From Patescibacteria group bacterium (GTDB taxonomy: Bacteria > Patescibacteriota > Microgenomatia > UBA8517): a stretch of 50,115 bases of DNA. The position numbers and the translations under genes were made by a program. The stretch covers positions 60,977 to 111,091 of the forward strand of contig JBBTZT010000003.1 in assembly GCA_038061225.1 (NCBI GenBank). The letters are read 5' to 3'. Under the pieces are notes generated by a model that worked only from the letters and a program-made list of their open reading frames with translations, was not told the DNA's origin and did not search any database. Shown here piece after piece: positions 26,602-36,065 of this stretch (position 1 is its first letter; the number at the start of each line of letters is the position of its first letter).

Positions 26602-27054
26602 ATGATTACATTTCTGGCAAGTATTTTAATATGGTTAATGTTTTTTGGTTTAATTGTTCTTTGGGTGGTGGATGGAAAAATTAAAAAAGAAACAGTAATA
26701 CACGCTCTTTTTTCTTGTTTTTTAGCTTGGATAGTAACAGAATCGATTAAAGCTTTTTTCCCTACTTTAAGACCTTTTCAAGTTCAGGATTTAGCGCCAT
26801 TGACATTAACAATTCCTAGTGATGGGACATTTCCTTCGACCCACTCTGCAATTGCCTTTGCATTATCGATAACAATATTAAAACATGACAAAAAAGTTGG
26901 CCTTTTATATCTTGTAATGGCAGGATTTGTGGGTATTGCCAGAATTATGGCTTATGTTCATTATCCTATTGATATTATGGCTGGTGCAGTGATTGGAGTT
27001 GTTATTTCAGGCTTGACATCTAGCAAACACTTTGTTAGACTGCTAAATCGATGA
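26602..27054 (+). CDS. PAP2 family phosphatase (probable undecaprenyl-diphosphatase)
   Basis: K-x6-RP, FPSTH, ARI-x-x-x-VHYPID. Confidence 0.9.
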   Translation: MITFLASILIWLMFFGLIVLWVVDGKIKKETVIHALFSCFLAWIVTESIKAFFPTLRPFQVQDLAPLTLTIPSDGTFPSTHSAIAFALSITILKHDKKVGLLYLVMAGFVGIARIMAYVHYPIDIMAGAVIGVVISGLTSSKHFVRLLNR

Positions 27055-29405
27055 GAAGTGTACCGATAATACCAATTAGGGGCTCAGTAGTTTTCCCACA
27101 TACGGATACGTTATTGTCATTTGCGCGTTCAAAATCTGTCACCGCAGCAGATGAAGCTTTTGCCAAAGATAGATTAGTTGCAATATTTACTCAAAAAGAT
27201 TCAAGAATTGGTGATCCTGAAAAAGAAGATTTATTTGAAATTGGAACAATTGCAACAATTACCCAAATGATGTCTGTTGAAGATGGTGTCCACGCCTTAG
27301 TTAGGGGTCAAGCAAGAGTCAGACTTTCAGAAATAGTTTCAAGAGTTCCTTTTTTGGTAGGTACTGTTGAAGAACTGCCAGATATTATTGATGATTCCTC
27401 AGAAGTTATTGCACTCTCAAGAAACTTAGCAGAATCTTTTAAAAAAGCGCTTACATTAGGTAAAACTGTTGAAATAATGTCTGTTGTTAAATTAATTTCT
27501 GAAACTTCAAATCCTTCAGAATTAACAGATCAAATAGCCACCATTTTGGATATTAAATCTGTAGAAAAACAAGAAATACTTTCGACTTTTCCATTAATTT
27601 TAAGAATGAAAAAAGTTCACGAACTTCTTTCAAAAGAAATAACTATTTTAGAAATTGAAAAAACCATATCTTCAAAAACACAAGAGCAATTTGATGAAAT
27701 TATGAAGAAAAATATTCTTCGTGAGAGGAAAAAAGCAATTAACAAAGAATTAGGAGAAGCTGAGGAAAAAGAAGGAGAAATTGGGTCCGAAGAAGTAAAA
27801 GAATATAAGAAAAAAATAGCTGATGCCAAAATGCCTAAAGAGGTAGAAGAAAAGGCACAAAAAGAATTAAATAAACTATCTAAAATGAGTTCTTTTAATC
27901 CTGAATCAGGATTTTTAAGAAATTATTTAGATTGGCTTTGTGAAGTTCCTTGGAGTGTTGTTAGTCCTAATAATGTGTCTATTAAAAAAGCAGATAAAGT
28001 AATGGAAAAGAGACATTATGGATTAGATAAAACAAAGACGAGAATACTGGAATATCTTTCAGTTATGAAACTTTTAGAAGAAAGAAGAAAGAAAGGTAAA
28101 GATAGTAATTTTCAGCCAACAATATTATGTTTCATTGGGCCTCCTGGAGTTGGAAAAACTTCAATTGGAAGAGCAATAGCTGAAGCAATGGGAAGAAAAT
28201 TTGCAAGAATATCCTTAGGTGGTATTCGAGACGAGGCAGAAATAAGAGGACATAGAAGAACCTATGTAGGGGCACTTCCTGGAAGAATTATTCAAGGAAT
28301 AAAAACTGCAGGAACTAGAAATCCTATATTTATGTTAGATGAAATAGATAAAGTTGGATCAGATTTTAGGGGTGATCCAAGTTCTGCTCTTCTTGAAGCT
28401 CTTGATCCTGAACAAAATAAAGAATTTTCAGACCATTACCTAGAAGTAAATTTTGATTTATCTGATGTTTTCTTTATAGCAACAGGTAATGTCCTAGACA
28501 CTATTCCATCTGCACTTAAGGATAGAATGGAAGTAATTCAATTTGCAGGTTATACAGAAGAAGAAAAATTTGAGATAGCTAATAGATTTATTTGGCCAAA
28601 ACAACTTAAAAATCATGGACTTGAAGATTATAAGATTAAAATTACCGATAAAGCTTTAAAATTAATTATCTCTCGTTATACAAGGGAGTCAGGAGTTAGA
28701 AATTTAGAAAGAAACTTGGCAACAGTCTTAAGAAAAATTGCAAGACTGGTTGCAGAAAAAAAGAAATATCCAAAGACAATTAAAGAAACACAGATAAGGC
28801 AATATTTAGGATCACATAAATATTCATCTTTAATTGCTGAAAAGAAAAATGAAATTGGAATGTCTACAGGACTTGCTGTTACTTCAGTAGGTGGAGAAAT
28901 TTTATTTATAGAAGTTTCTTTAATGCCAGGACGAGGAAGATTAACTTTAACAGGACAGCTGGGGGATGTTATGAAAGAATCTGCACAAGCTGCATTTACT
29001 TGGACAAGATCAAATTATAAATTATTAGGATTAAAAGCAGATTTTTCTGCAAAATTAGATGTTCACATCCATGTTCCTGAAGGAGCAGTACCTAAAGATG
29101 GACCATCAGCAGGAACTGCAATAACAACAGCACTTGTATCAGCACTCACAAAAATAGCTGTTAAAAGAGAGGTTGGTATGACTGGGGAAATTACACTTCG
29201 TGGCAATGTCATGGAAATCGGAGGAGTCAAAGAAAAAACAATTGCAGGGCATAGAGCAGGACTTAAAACAATAATTATTCCAAAAGAAAATCAAAAAGAT
29301 ATGGAAGAAGTACCAGAAAAAGTCAAAAAAGATATTAAATTTGTTTTTGCTGAAAAAATTGAAGATGTTTTAAAAGTTGCTCTTACCAAATGGCCAATTG
29401 TGTAA
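27051..29405 (+). CDS. lon: Lon protease
   Basis: GPPGVGKT, IRGHRRTYVGALPG, LDEIDK, PKDGPSAG, GGVKEK. Confidence 0.98.
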   Translation: MRSVPIIPIRGSVVFPHTDTLLSFARSKSVTAADEAFAKDRLVAIFTQKDSRIGDPEKEDLFEIGTIATITQMMSVEDGVHALVRGQARVRLSEIVSRVPFLVGTVEELPDIIDDSSEVIALSRNLAESFKKALTLGKTVEIMSVVKLISETSNPSELTDQIATILDIKSVEKQEILSTFPLILRMKKVHELLSKEITILEIEKTISSKTQEQFDEIMKKNILRERKKAINKELGEAEEKEGEIGSEEVKEYKKKIADAKMPKEVEEKAQKELNKLSKMSSFNPESGFLRNYLDWLCEVPWSVVSPNNVSIKKADKVMEKRHYGLDKTKTRILEYLSVMKLLEERRKKGKDSNFQPTILCFIGPPGVGKTSIGRAIAEAMGRKFARISLGGIRDEAEIRGHRRTYVGALPGRIIQGIKTAGTRNPIFMLDEIDKVGSDFRGDPSSALLEALDPEQNKEFSDHYLEVNFDLSDVFFIATGNVLDTIPSALKDRMEVIQFAGYTEEEKFEIANRFIWPKQLKNHGLEDYKIKITDKALKLIISRYTRESGVRNLERNLATVLRKIARLVAEKKKYPKTIKETQIRQYLGSHKYSSLIAEKKNEIGMSTGLAVTSVGGEILFIEVSLMPGRGRLTLTGQLGDVMKESAQAAFTWTRSNYKLLGLKADFSAKLDVHIHVPEGAVPKDGPSAGTAITTALVSALTKIAVKREVGMTGEITLRGNVMEIGGVKEKTIAGHRAGLKTIIIPKENQKDMEEVPEKVKKDIKFVFAEKIEDVLKVALTKWPIV

Positions 29406-29410
29406 ACATT

Positions 29411-29827
29411 TTATTGCACTATTATTGTTCCACCCTCACCTGCATTAAGATGATCATGGTAATCAAAAGTTCCGGTTTTCAATATGACAACAGTCTTTTG
29501 ATCACCAGGCATTAAATCTAAAGTAAAATCTCCTCCAGAAATTTCTCGATTACCTGTATGAATCGGGTGTGGATTAACCCCAATTTTGATCTCTCTATTA
29601 CCTTTATTTATCCAAGTAATCTTGCCACCGTTTTTTAGAGTAACTTCCGAAGGCGAGAAACCTGTTGCAGTATACATAATGCTTACTCCTTCTGTAATCT
29701 CTGTGTTCGGTATGTTTGTTCCTATAAGTACTTGGTAGCTACTCTGGTTGTAATTTTTAAATAATACAAACCCGCCAACCAAAACAAAAATACCGAGTGC
29801 GAGTCCGATAAAAAAATTTTTGTTCAT
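29411..29827 (-). CDS. Cupredoxin-like membrane-anchored protein
   Basis: GFSPSEVTLKNG-x-x-ITWIN, PHPIH, GTFDYHDHL; N-terminal TM. Confidence 0.8.
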   Translation of the reverse strand: MNKNFFIGLALGIFVLVGGFVLFKNYNQSSYQVLIGTNIPNTEITEGVSIMYTATGFSPSEVTLKNGGKITWINKGNREIKIGVNPHPIHTGNREISGGDFTLDLMPGDQKTVVILKTGTFDYHDHLNAGEGGTIIVQ

Positions 29828-30573
29828 ATGTTCATTCTACTCTTAACTTTAATTGTAATAAATATTAAATTGCCTAATAGTAAAACTGGGGTAAAAACAT
29901 CAGGAAGTGGAAAGCGTATTATAAAAGAAAGTACTGCAATCGAAATTCCAAATAAAAATTGATCAGTACGTTTAGAAGGAGTGGTCATAGGTTCAGGAAG
30001 CATCACAAAGGCAAAAAATATTGCAGTCGGATCAAATATCGTTTGATTGAGTAATGCATAAGTTATATAAAATGCCAATATATTGACAAAACGCCTCATT
30101 CTGACTATTGATACCAATCCGGGCAAAAGCAAAATTAAAATATAAATTATTGCTGATAGATTTTGAACATTAAGTTGTTGCCAGGAGACTGCCCACCAGG
30201 AAATAGTATTACTAAATATAAGGTGGGAAAAAAAGAGGCCAAAAGCAGCTGGATTAAAAATATGCCGATTCTTAAACAGTAAGTAATTTTTGGAAAACAT
30301 TGCTAGGCCAGCAGTAATAATTAACTGATACCATGAAAGATATGGTGAAGCTATCAAGCCGATTATTACGCCGGTTATTATCGCGGAATATGGAAAAAAT
30401 AATGCAACTTTTCGTAACCTTAAAAAAGCTAGATCAAACATTATGGTTGAAACCAAAGCAACTAAAAATGCTTGAAGGTATGAGATAAAGCTGTAATGAA
30501 TAATTGCGCTTATAGAAAGTAGGAGAAGAAAAATTATCATCTGAAGTTTTGGGGTGCGGAAGATTTTATTCAT
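29824..30573 (-). CDS. RnfD/NqrB-family membrane protein (stand-alone)
   Basis: SAIITG, SK...HIFNPAAFG, FVMLPEPMTTP. Start moved to 30573 because the ORF-track start lies inside tRNA-Glu. Confidence 0.8.
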   Translation of the reverse strand: MNKIFRTPKLQMIIFLLLLSISAIIHYSFISYLQAFLVALVSTIMFDLAFLRLRKVALFFPYSAIITGVIIGLIASPYLSWYQLIITAGLAMFSKNYLLFKNRHIFNPAAFGLFFSHLIFSNTISWWAVSWQQLNVQNLSAIIYILILLLPGLVSIVRMRRFVNILAFYITYALLNQTIFDPTAIFFAFVMLPEPMTTPSKRTDQFLFGISIAVLSFIIRFPLPDVFTPVLLLGNLIFITIKVKSRMNI

Positions 30574-30581
30574 TTTTTCAG

Positions 30582-30653
30582 TGACGCTTACGGGAATCGA
30601 ACCCATATTTCTTGGATGAGAACCAAGTGTCCTAGCCGTTAGACGAAAGCGCC
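30582..30653 (-). tRNA. tRNA-Glu (CTC), CCA not encoded
   Basis: Acceptor GGCGCTT/AAGCGTC, anticodon arm CTTGG-TTCTCAT-CCAAG, T arm GGGTTCGATTCCC; TATAAT at 30670-30665. Confidence 0.95.
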
Positions 30654-30679
30654 GTAAGGTTACAATTATAGCAATTCTA

Positions 30680-30708
30680 TTGACAAGATGTAATATTGGA
30701 GTTATGAT
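30680..30708 (+). promoter_or_regulatory. Sigma70 promoter of the greA leader
   Basis: TTGACA (30680-30685), 17 nt, TATGAT (30703-30708). Confidence 0.8.
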
Positions 30709-30720
30709 GGATACCTAATT

Positions 30721-30774
30721 ATGAATATTTTTTCCAACAAATATATTAAAGTCAGCCTTATTAAGGCTATTTGA
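30721..30774 (+). CDS. Putative leader peptide MNIFSNKYIKVSLIKAI
   Basis: 17-codon ORF between the promoter and terminator upstream of greA. Confidence 0.55.
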   Translation: MNIFSNKYIKVSLIKAI

Positions 30775-30797
30775 TTTGTTGGAAGAATTATTTATTA

Positions 30798-30832
30798 AAT
30801 CTCTTCCAAAATAAAGGAGAGATTATTTTTTT
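30798..30832 (+). terminator. Intrinsic terminator in the greA leader
   Basis: aatctcttcc / ggagagatt stem (one bulge, 8-nt loop) followed by A and T7. Confidence 0.65.
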
Positions 30833-30839
30833 GTTAAAT

Positions 30840-31301
30840 ATGAATAAAACAATACAACTTACAAACAAAGGTTTAGAGGCTCTGAAAAAAGAGCTTGAGC
30901 TTTTGGTGAATAAAAAAAGACCAGCTTTGGTTGATAGGCTATCTAATGCTCGTTCTCAGGGAGATTTATCTGAAAATTCAGATTATCAAAACGCAAAAGA
31001 AGAATTGGAATTTTTGGAAGGAAGAATAGAAGAACTCCAGTTAGTAATTAAAAATGCAAAAGTAGTTAAAGATACTGATAATGGAAATAACGTTGGTGTT
31101 GGTACAAAAGTTACCGTTCGTGTTAATGGAGTTAAAAACACTTTTGAAATAGTTGGTGAGTGGGAAGCAGATATGACAAATAAAAAAATTAGTCATGCTT
31201 CACCATTAGGATCAGCTTTGGTTGGTAAAAAAGTTGGTGAAAAATTTGAAGTAGAAGCTCCTGTAGGCAAGATATTATATGAAGTGGTTGCTATAGACTA
31301 A
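30840..31301 (+). CDS. greA: Transcription elongation factor GreA
   Basis: LT-x-x-G-x-x-x-LKKEL, GDLSENSDY-x-x-AKEE, IS-x-x-SPLGSALVGK. Confidence 0.97.
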   Translation: MNKTIQLTNKGLEALKKELELLVNKKRPALVDRLSNARSQGDLSENSDYQNAKEELEFLEGRIEELQLVIKNAKVVKDTDNGNNVGVGTKVTVRVNGVKNTFEIVGEWEADMTNKKISHASPLGSALVGKKVGEKFEVEAPVGKILYEVVAID

Positions 31302-31324
31302 CACTCGCCATATAATTACTTCAA

Positions 31325-32794
31325 ATGGAAGAAACAATAACCAGCTCCGCTGTAAAAAACGTTCGTGAAGAAAGGCTTGAAAAACTTAAAAAGATAAAAG
31401 ATCTAGGTATTGATCCTTATCCTTCCAAAATAACACTCAAAGGTAAACATATTTCAGTTTCAGTTGCTCGTGACCTGATGGATAAAAAAGTCTTGGTTGC
31501 TGGTAGAATTTGGTCAATTAGGGTTCATGGAGGTGTAACGTTTACAGATTTAAAAGATGGATCAGGTTTGATTCAATTATTTTTTCAAAAGAAAGAACTT
31601 AATGATAGATATGATATCTTAAAACTTATAGATACTGGAGATTTTTTAGCAGTTTCAGGAACAGTAATTAAAACCCAAGCAGGTGAAATATCAATACTTG
31701 TAGATAATTTTCAAATTTTATCTAAATCAATTAGACAACTTCCTAGTATTTGGTATGGATTAAAAGATACTGAAGAAAGGTATAGACAGCGATATGTTGA
31801 TTTATTATTAAATGATGAACTAAAAGAATTATTCAAGAAAAAATCTTTTTTTTGGAACAGTATGAGACAATTTTTGATTGAGAAGGGATTTTTAGAAGTA
31901 GAAACTCCAGTTTTAGAAAATACCGTAGGAGGAGCAGACGCTAATCCGTTTACTACTCATCATGATGCATTAAACATTGATTTATATCTAAGAATCTCAA
32001 TGGGTGAACTTTGGCAAAAAAGATTAATGGTTGCTGGTTTTGATAAAACTTTTGAGATTGGAAGACAATTTAGAAATGAAGGATTAAGTCGTGAACATCT
32101 TCAAGATTATACTCAAATGGAATTTTATTGGGGTTATGCTAATTATGAAGATTCAATGGCATTAGTTGAGGAAATGTATAAATTTGTAGCAAAAGAAACA
32201 TTTGGAAAACTAAAATTTAAAATAGCAGGACAGAAAGTCGATTTAGGAGAAAAATGGAAAAAAATTGATTATATAGAAACTATCAAAGAAAAAACGGGAG
32301 TGGATATAATTAACGCAGCGGAAGATGAGTTAAAAAATAAGTTAAAATCACTAAAAATAAAATATGATAATGATTTGGCAAAAGTAAGACTTATTGACAT
32401 GCTCTGGAAACATGTCAGAAAAGAAATTGTTGGCCCAGTATTTTTAGTTGGTCATCCAGTTGAAGTTTCTCCACTTGCCAAAAGAATGATTGATAAACCA
32501 ACAAACGTTGAAAGATATCAAGTAATAATAGCAGGTAGCGAGATGGGCAATGGTTATTCAGAACTTAATGATCCAATTGATCAAGCAGAAAGATTTTTGG
32601 AACAACAAAAACTTCGTGATGAAGGAGATCCTGAAGCACAAATGAATGATTGGGATTTTGTTAGAGCTTTAGAATATGGGATGCCGCCGGTTTCTGGATT
32701 TGGAGTTTCTGAAAGACTTTTTTCTTTCCTTGTTGACAAACCTATCAAAGAAACTGTATTATTTCCATTGTTAAGACCTGAAAAATATGAATAA
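31325..32794 (+). CDS. lysS: Lysine-tRNA ligase (class II)
   Basis: RYRQRYVDL, GGADANPF, FRNEG, NGYSELNDP, EYGMPP. Confidence 0.97.
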   Translation: MEETITSSAVKNVREERLEKLKKIKDLGIDPYPSKITLKGKHISVSVARDLMDKKVLVAGRIWSIRVHGGVTFTDLKDGSGLIQLFFQKKELNDRYDILKLIDTGDFLAVSGTVIKTQAGEISILVDNFQILSKSIRQLPSIWYGLKDTEERYRQRYVDLLLNDELKELFKKKSFFWNSMRQFLIEKGFLEVETPVLENTVGGADANPFTTHHDALNIDLYLRISMGELWQKRLMVAGFDKTFEIGRQFRNEGLSREHLQDYTQMEFYWGYANYEDSMALVEEMYKFVAKETFGKLKFKIAGQKVDLGEKWKKIDYIETIKEKTGVDIINAAEDELKNKLKSLKIKYDNDLAKVRLIDMLWKHVRKEIVGPVFLVGHPVEVSPLAKRMIDKPTNVERYQVIIAGSEMGNGYSELNDPIDQAERFLEQQKLRDEGDPEAQMNDWDFVRALEYGMPPVSGFGVSERLFSFLVDKPIKETVLFPLLRPEKYE

Positions 32795-33128
32795 AATAAT
32801 CAAGAATATTACGAAATTAGCTAAATCAGTAAAAATAGTTGAAAAATTAAATGCTGAACAAAGTAAAGCTAAGATTTTAGAACTTCGAATGGGAATGATG
32901 TTTGCTGCAACCCAATCAGTTGCTATTTCAATACTAGCTCTACTTTTATTCATTGGAGCACCATCAGTCTTTCCAGAAATAATCAATCCATATCTTCCAT
33001 CTTCTTTAAAAATCATGCAAGCAATTATTGCTGTTCCTACAGTATTTTGGTTATTAACAATTCTTGGATGTTTATTTAATTATTTTAGAATTTCAAAACT
33101 TCAAAAATCACTCTCATCTAAAAAATGA
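32787..33128 (+). CDS. Hypothetical membrane protein (2 TM)
   Basis: 113-aa ORF overlapping both neighbours, two hydrophobic segments. Confidence 0.7.
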   Translation: MNKIIKNITKLAKSVKIVEKLNAEQSKAKILELRMGMMFAATQSVAISILALLLFIGAPSVFPEIINPYLPSSLKIMQAIIAVPTVFWLLTILGCLFNYFRISKLQKSLSSKK

Positions 33129-33682
33129 TTTCAAGGGAAGATGCATTTAATCTAGTTACTTCTTGGACTGAAAACAAAAATTTAGTTAAACATATGCTTG
33201 CTGTTGAAGCTGCAATGGGAGGACTAGCTAAACATTTTAGTGATGACGAAAATTTGTGGAAAATAATTGGACTAATCCATGATGCTGATTATGATAAATA
33301 TCCCGATAATCACCCCAAAGTATTAATTGAAGAGTTGGAAAAAAGACAAGAAGATCCAATAATAATTAATGCAATCAAATCTCACGCATGGAATTACAAT
33401 GGTATGGATCAGATACCTGCGACAAAATTAGAATGGAGTTTGTATTGTTGTGACGAATTAACTGGTTTAATAGTGGCTGTAGCACTTGTTCGTCCTGAAC
33501 GAAAACTATCTGCTGTGACTGTTGATAATATTCTTTCAAAATGGAAAAAGTTAGATTTTGCAAAAGGAGTGAATAGGGACCAAATCGGACTTTGTGAAGA
33601 AAAATTGAGAATTAAACTTCCTGATTTTATAGATTTGACATTAAAATCAATGCAAAAAATCGCAAACGATTTAGATTTGTAA
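33125..33682 (+). CDS. HD-domain hydrolase
   Basis: KHMLAVEAAM, GLIHDADY, AIKSH, DELTGLIVAVALVRP, FAKGVNR. Confidence 0.88.
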   Translation: MISREDAFNLVTSWTENKNLVKHMLAVEAAMGGLAKHFSDDENLWKIIGLIHDADYDKYPDNHPKVLIEELEKRQEDPIIINAIKSHAWNYNGMDQIPATKLEWSLYCCDELTGLIVAVALVRPERKLSAVTVDNILSKWKKLDFAKGVNRDQIGLCEEKLRIKLPDFIDLTLKSMQKIANDLDL

Positions 33683-33694
33683 TATAATTACTTC

Positions 33695-34927
33695 ATGTTA
33701 GATATTAAATTTATTAGGGAAAATACAGATTTTGTAAAAACTTGTGTTAAAAACAAGCAACTTGATCCTTCTGTTGTAGATATTTGTCTAGATTTAGATG
33801 AAAAGAAAAGAAAATTAATTGGAGAAGTTGAAAATTTAAGAAGTTTAAAAAATAAATATGCTCAAGAAAAAAATATTGAAAAAGGAAAAGAAACAAAAGT
33901 AAAACTTCAAGAACTTGAACCAAAACGAACTGAAATCGAAAAAGAATTTCAAGCTGCGGCTTGGAAAATTCCAAACATAGTGTCTTCTGATACTGTTGTT
34001 GGGAAAAATGAGAGTGAAAATAGTATTATAAGAACATGGGGTAAACCAACAAAATTTGAATTTAATCCTAAAGATCATATGGAGTTAGGAACAAAACTTG
34101 GAATAATAGATACAGAATTAGGAAGTAGAGTTGCAGGGGCAAGATTTAACTATTTATTTGGAGATGCGGTTCTTTTGCAAAATACTTTGCATCAATTTGC
34201 AATTGAAGTACTCCTGAAAAAAGGCTTCATACCAGTTATTCCTCCACTTATGGTAAAAAGTGAGGTTATGAAAAAAATGTCCAGACATGATCCGCTTGAA
34301 GACAGATATTATTTAAAAGAAGATGACTCCATGCTTGTTGGGAGTGCAGAACATACGCTAGGACCAATGCATATGAATGAAACACTAAACGAGAAAGATT
34401 TACCACTTCGTTATTTTGCCTATACATCTGCATTTAGAAGAGAAGCAGGTTCATATGGAAAAGACACAAGGGGGATCTTAAGACAACATCAATTTGATAA
34501 AATAGAAATGGAATCATTTACAACACCAGAAGACGGTTTAAAAGAACAGGATTTTATTATAGAAATTCAAGAAAATTTAATGCAATCTTTAGAAATTCCA
34601 TATCAAGTGGTTTCGATTTGTACAGGTGATATGGGAGGTCCTGATTTTAGACAAATTGATATTGAAAGTTGGATGCCTGGACAAAATAAATATAGAGAAA
34701 CTCATACATCTGATTATATGACTGACTATCAATCAAGAAGACTAAATACAAGAGTAAAAGTTGGTCAGAATACAGAATTTGTGCATATGAATGATGCAAC
34801 TGCTTTTGCGATGGGTAGAACAATAATTGCAATTTTGGAAAATTTCCAAAATGAAGATGGTTCTGTAAACGTCCCCAAAGTTCTTCGAAAGTGGATGGGG
34901 AAAGAAAAAATTAAAGTTAACCCTTAA
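33695..34927 (+). CDS. serS: Serine-tRNA ligase
   Basis: MLDIKFIREN, FRREAGSYGKDTRGILRQHQFDKIE, DIESWMP, ENFQNEDG. Confidence 0.97.
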   Translation: MLDIKFIRENTDFVKTCVKNKQLDPSVVDICLDLDEKKRKLIGEVENLRSLKNKYAQEKNIEKGKETKVKLQELEPKRTEIEKEFQAAAWKIPNIVSSDTVVGKNESENSIIRTWGKPTKFEFNPKDHMELGTKLGIIDTELGSRVAGARFNYLFGDAVLLQNTLHQFAIEVLLKKGFIPVIPPLMVKSEVMKKMSRHDPLEDRYYLKEDDSMLVGSAEHTLGPMHMNETLNEKDLPLRYFAYTSAFRREAGSYGKDTRGILRQHQFDKIEMESFTTPEDGLKEQDFIIEIQENLMQSLEIPYQVVSICTGDMGGPDFRQIDIESWMPGQNKYRETHTSDYMTDYQSRRLNTRVKVGQNTEFVHMNDATAFAMGRTIIAILENFQNEDGSVNVPKVLRKWMGKEKIKVNP

Positions 34928-36053
34928 AGTATTTTTTATTCTTCAGTTTTTCAGGTAGCAAGCTTTTATTGTTATACATATCATAATCTTTACCATAACC
35001 TACATTTTTCATTAATTTTGTAACAGGATTTTTAATATTTAGTGGAATTGGAAGATTTCCAAATTTTTCTACATCGGAAAGAGCCGACATAAATCCATCA
35101 TATGCGCGTCTATCCTTTTTTGCAGTTGATAAAAATACAACTCCTGCAGCTAAATTTTCTTGACATTCTGGGTATCCAACAGTTTCACAAGCTCTAAAAA
35201 CTGCATTTGCAACAACTAAAGCAGTGGGTGAAGCCACATCTTCAGATGCAAAGACAACCATTCTTCTGGCAATATATAAAGGATCTTGTCCTGCTACAAC
35301 CATTCTTGCAAGATAATAAAGTGCGGCGTCAGTGTCTGATGCTCTCATTGACTTAATAAATGCAGAAATTGTGTCATAGAAATTGTCACCATTTTTGTCA
35401 AAAGATAGAGCACGCTTTTGCAAAGCTTGCTCTAAGTGAATTGTTGATAGTGAGCTATCAGATGTAAGTTGCGATGCAATTTCTAATGTGTTAATTAAAA
35501 TTCTTGCATCACTATTACTTGCTTCAATTAAAAATTCTAGTGCATCCTTTTTTATTTTTATCTTTAAATATTTAAGTGCTTTATTAGTTATTTTTTTTAA
35601 GTCCTCTTCTGATAACTGATTTAAGATTAAAACTCTTGATCTAGATAAAAGAGGAGAAATTACTTCAAACGAAGGATTCTCAGTTGTTGCACCAATTAAA
35701 ATAATATCTCCCTTTTCTACATGGGGAAGAAGTTTATCTTGCTGGGCTTTATTAAATCTATGAATTTCATCAAGAAAAATTATTGGTTTTTCCAAGATAA
35801 CTGCTTCAATATCTTTTACTTTTGTGTTAACTGCAGAAAATTCATAAAAAGGACGATTAAGTTCTTTGGCAATAATTCTGGCAAGTGTAGTTTTTCCAAC
35901 TCCAGATGGCCCCCAAAGAATTAAAGATGGTAGGTTAGTAACCTCGTTATTTAGTAATTTAGTTATTATTCCATCATTACCCACTAGATGTTCTTGACCA
36001 ATAAAATCAGCAAATTTAGTAGGTCTTAATATTTCAGCAAGCGGTTGTGTCAT
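34917..36053 (-). CDS. rarA: Replication-associated recombination protein A (MgsA/RarA)
   Basis: PLAEILRP, WGPSGVGKTT, DEIHRFNKAQQD, GATTENPSF, ISAFIKSMR, ASED. Confidence 0.96.
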   Translation of the reverse strand: MTQPLAEILRPTKFADFIGQEHLVGNDGIITKLLNNEVTNLPSLILWGPSGVGKTTLARIIAKELNRPFYEFSAVNTKVKDIEAVILEKPIIFLDEIHRFNKAQQDKLLPHVEKGDIILIGATTENPSFEVISPLLSRSRVLILNQLSEEDLKKITNKALKYLKIKIKKDALEFLIEASNSDARILINTLEIASQLTSDSSLSTIHLEQALQKRALSFDKNGDNFYDTISAFIKSMRASDTDAALYYLARMVVAGQDPLYIARRMVVFASEDVASPTALVVANAVFRACETVGYPECQENLAAGVVFLSTAKKDRRAYDGFMSALSDVEKFGNLPIPLNIKNPVTKLMKNVGYGKDYDMYNNKSLLPEKLKNKKYFKG

Positions 36054-36065
36054 AATTAGTATAAT

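Noticed and set aside
29411-30653. tRNA-Glu-anchored integrative element
   Set aside because: No integrase and no duplicated tRNA 3' end found downstream; horizontal origin is possible but unsupported.
30574-30839. ORF-track starts at 30606 (RnfD-like) and 30771 (greA)
   Set aside because: The first lies inside tRNA-Glu; the second is a TTG inside the attenuator, and GreA similarity begins at 30840.
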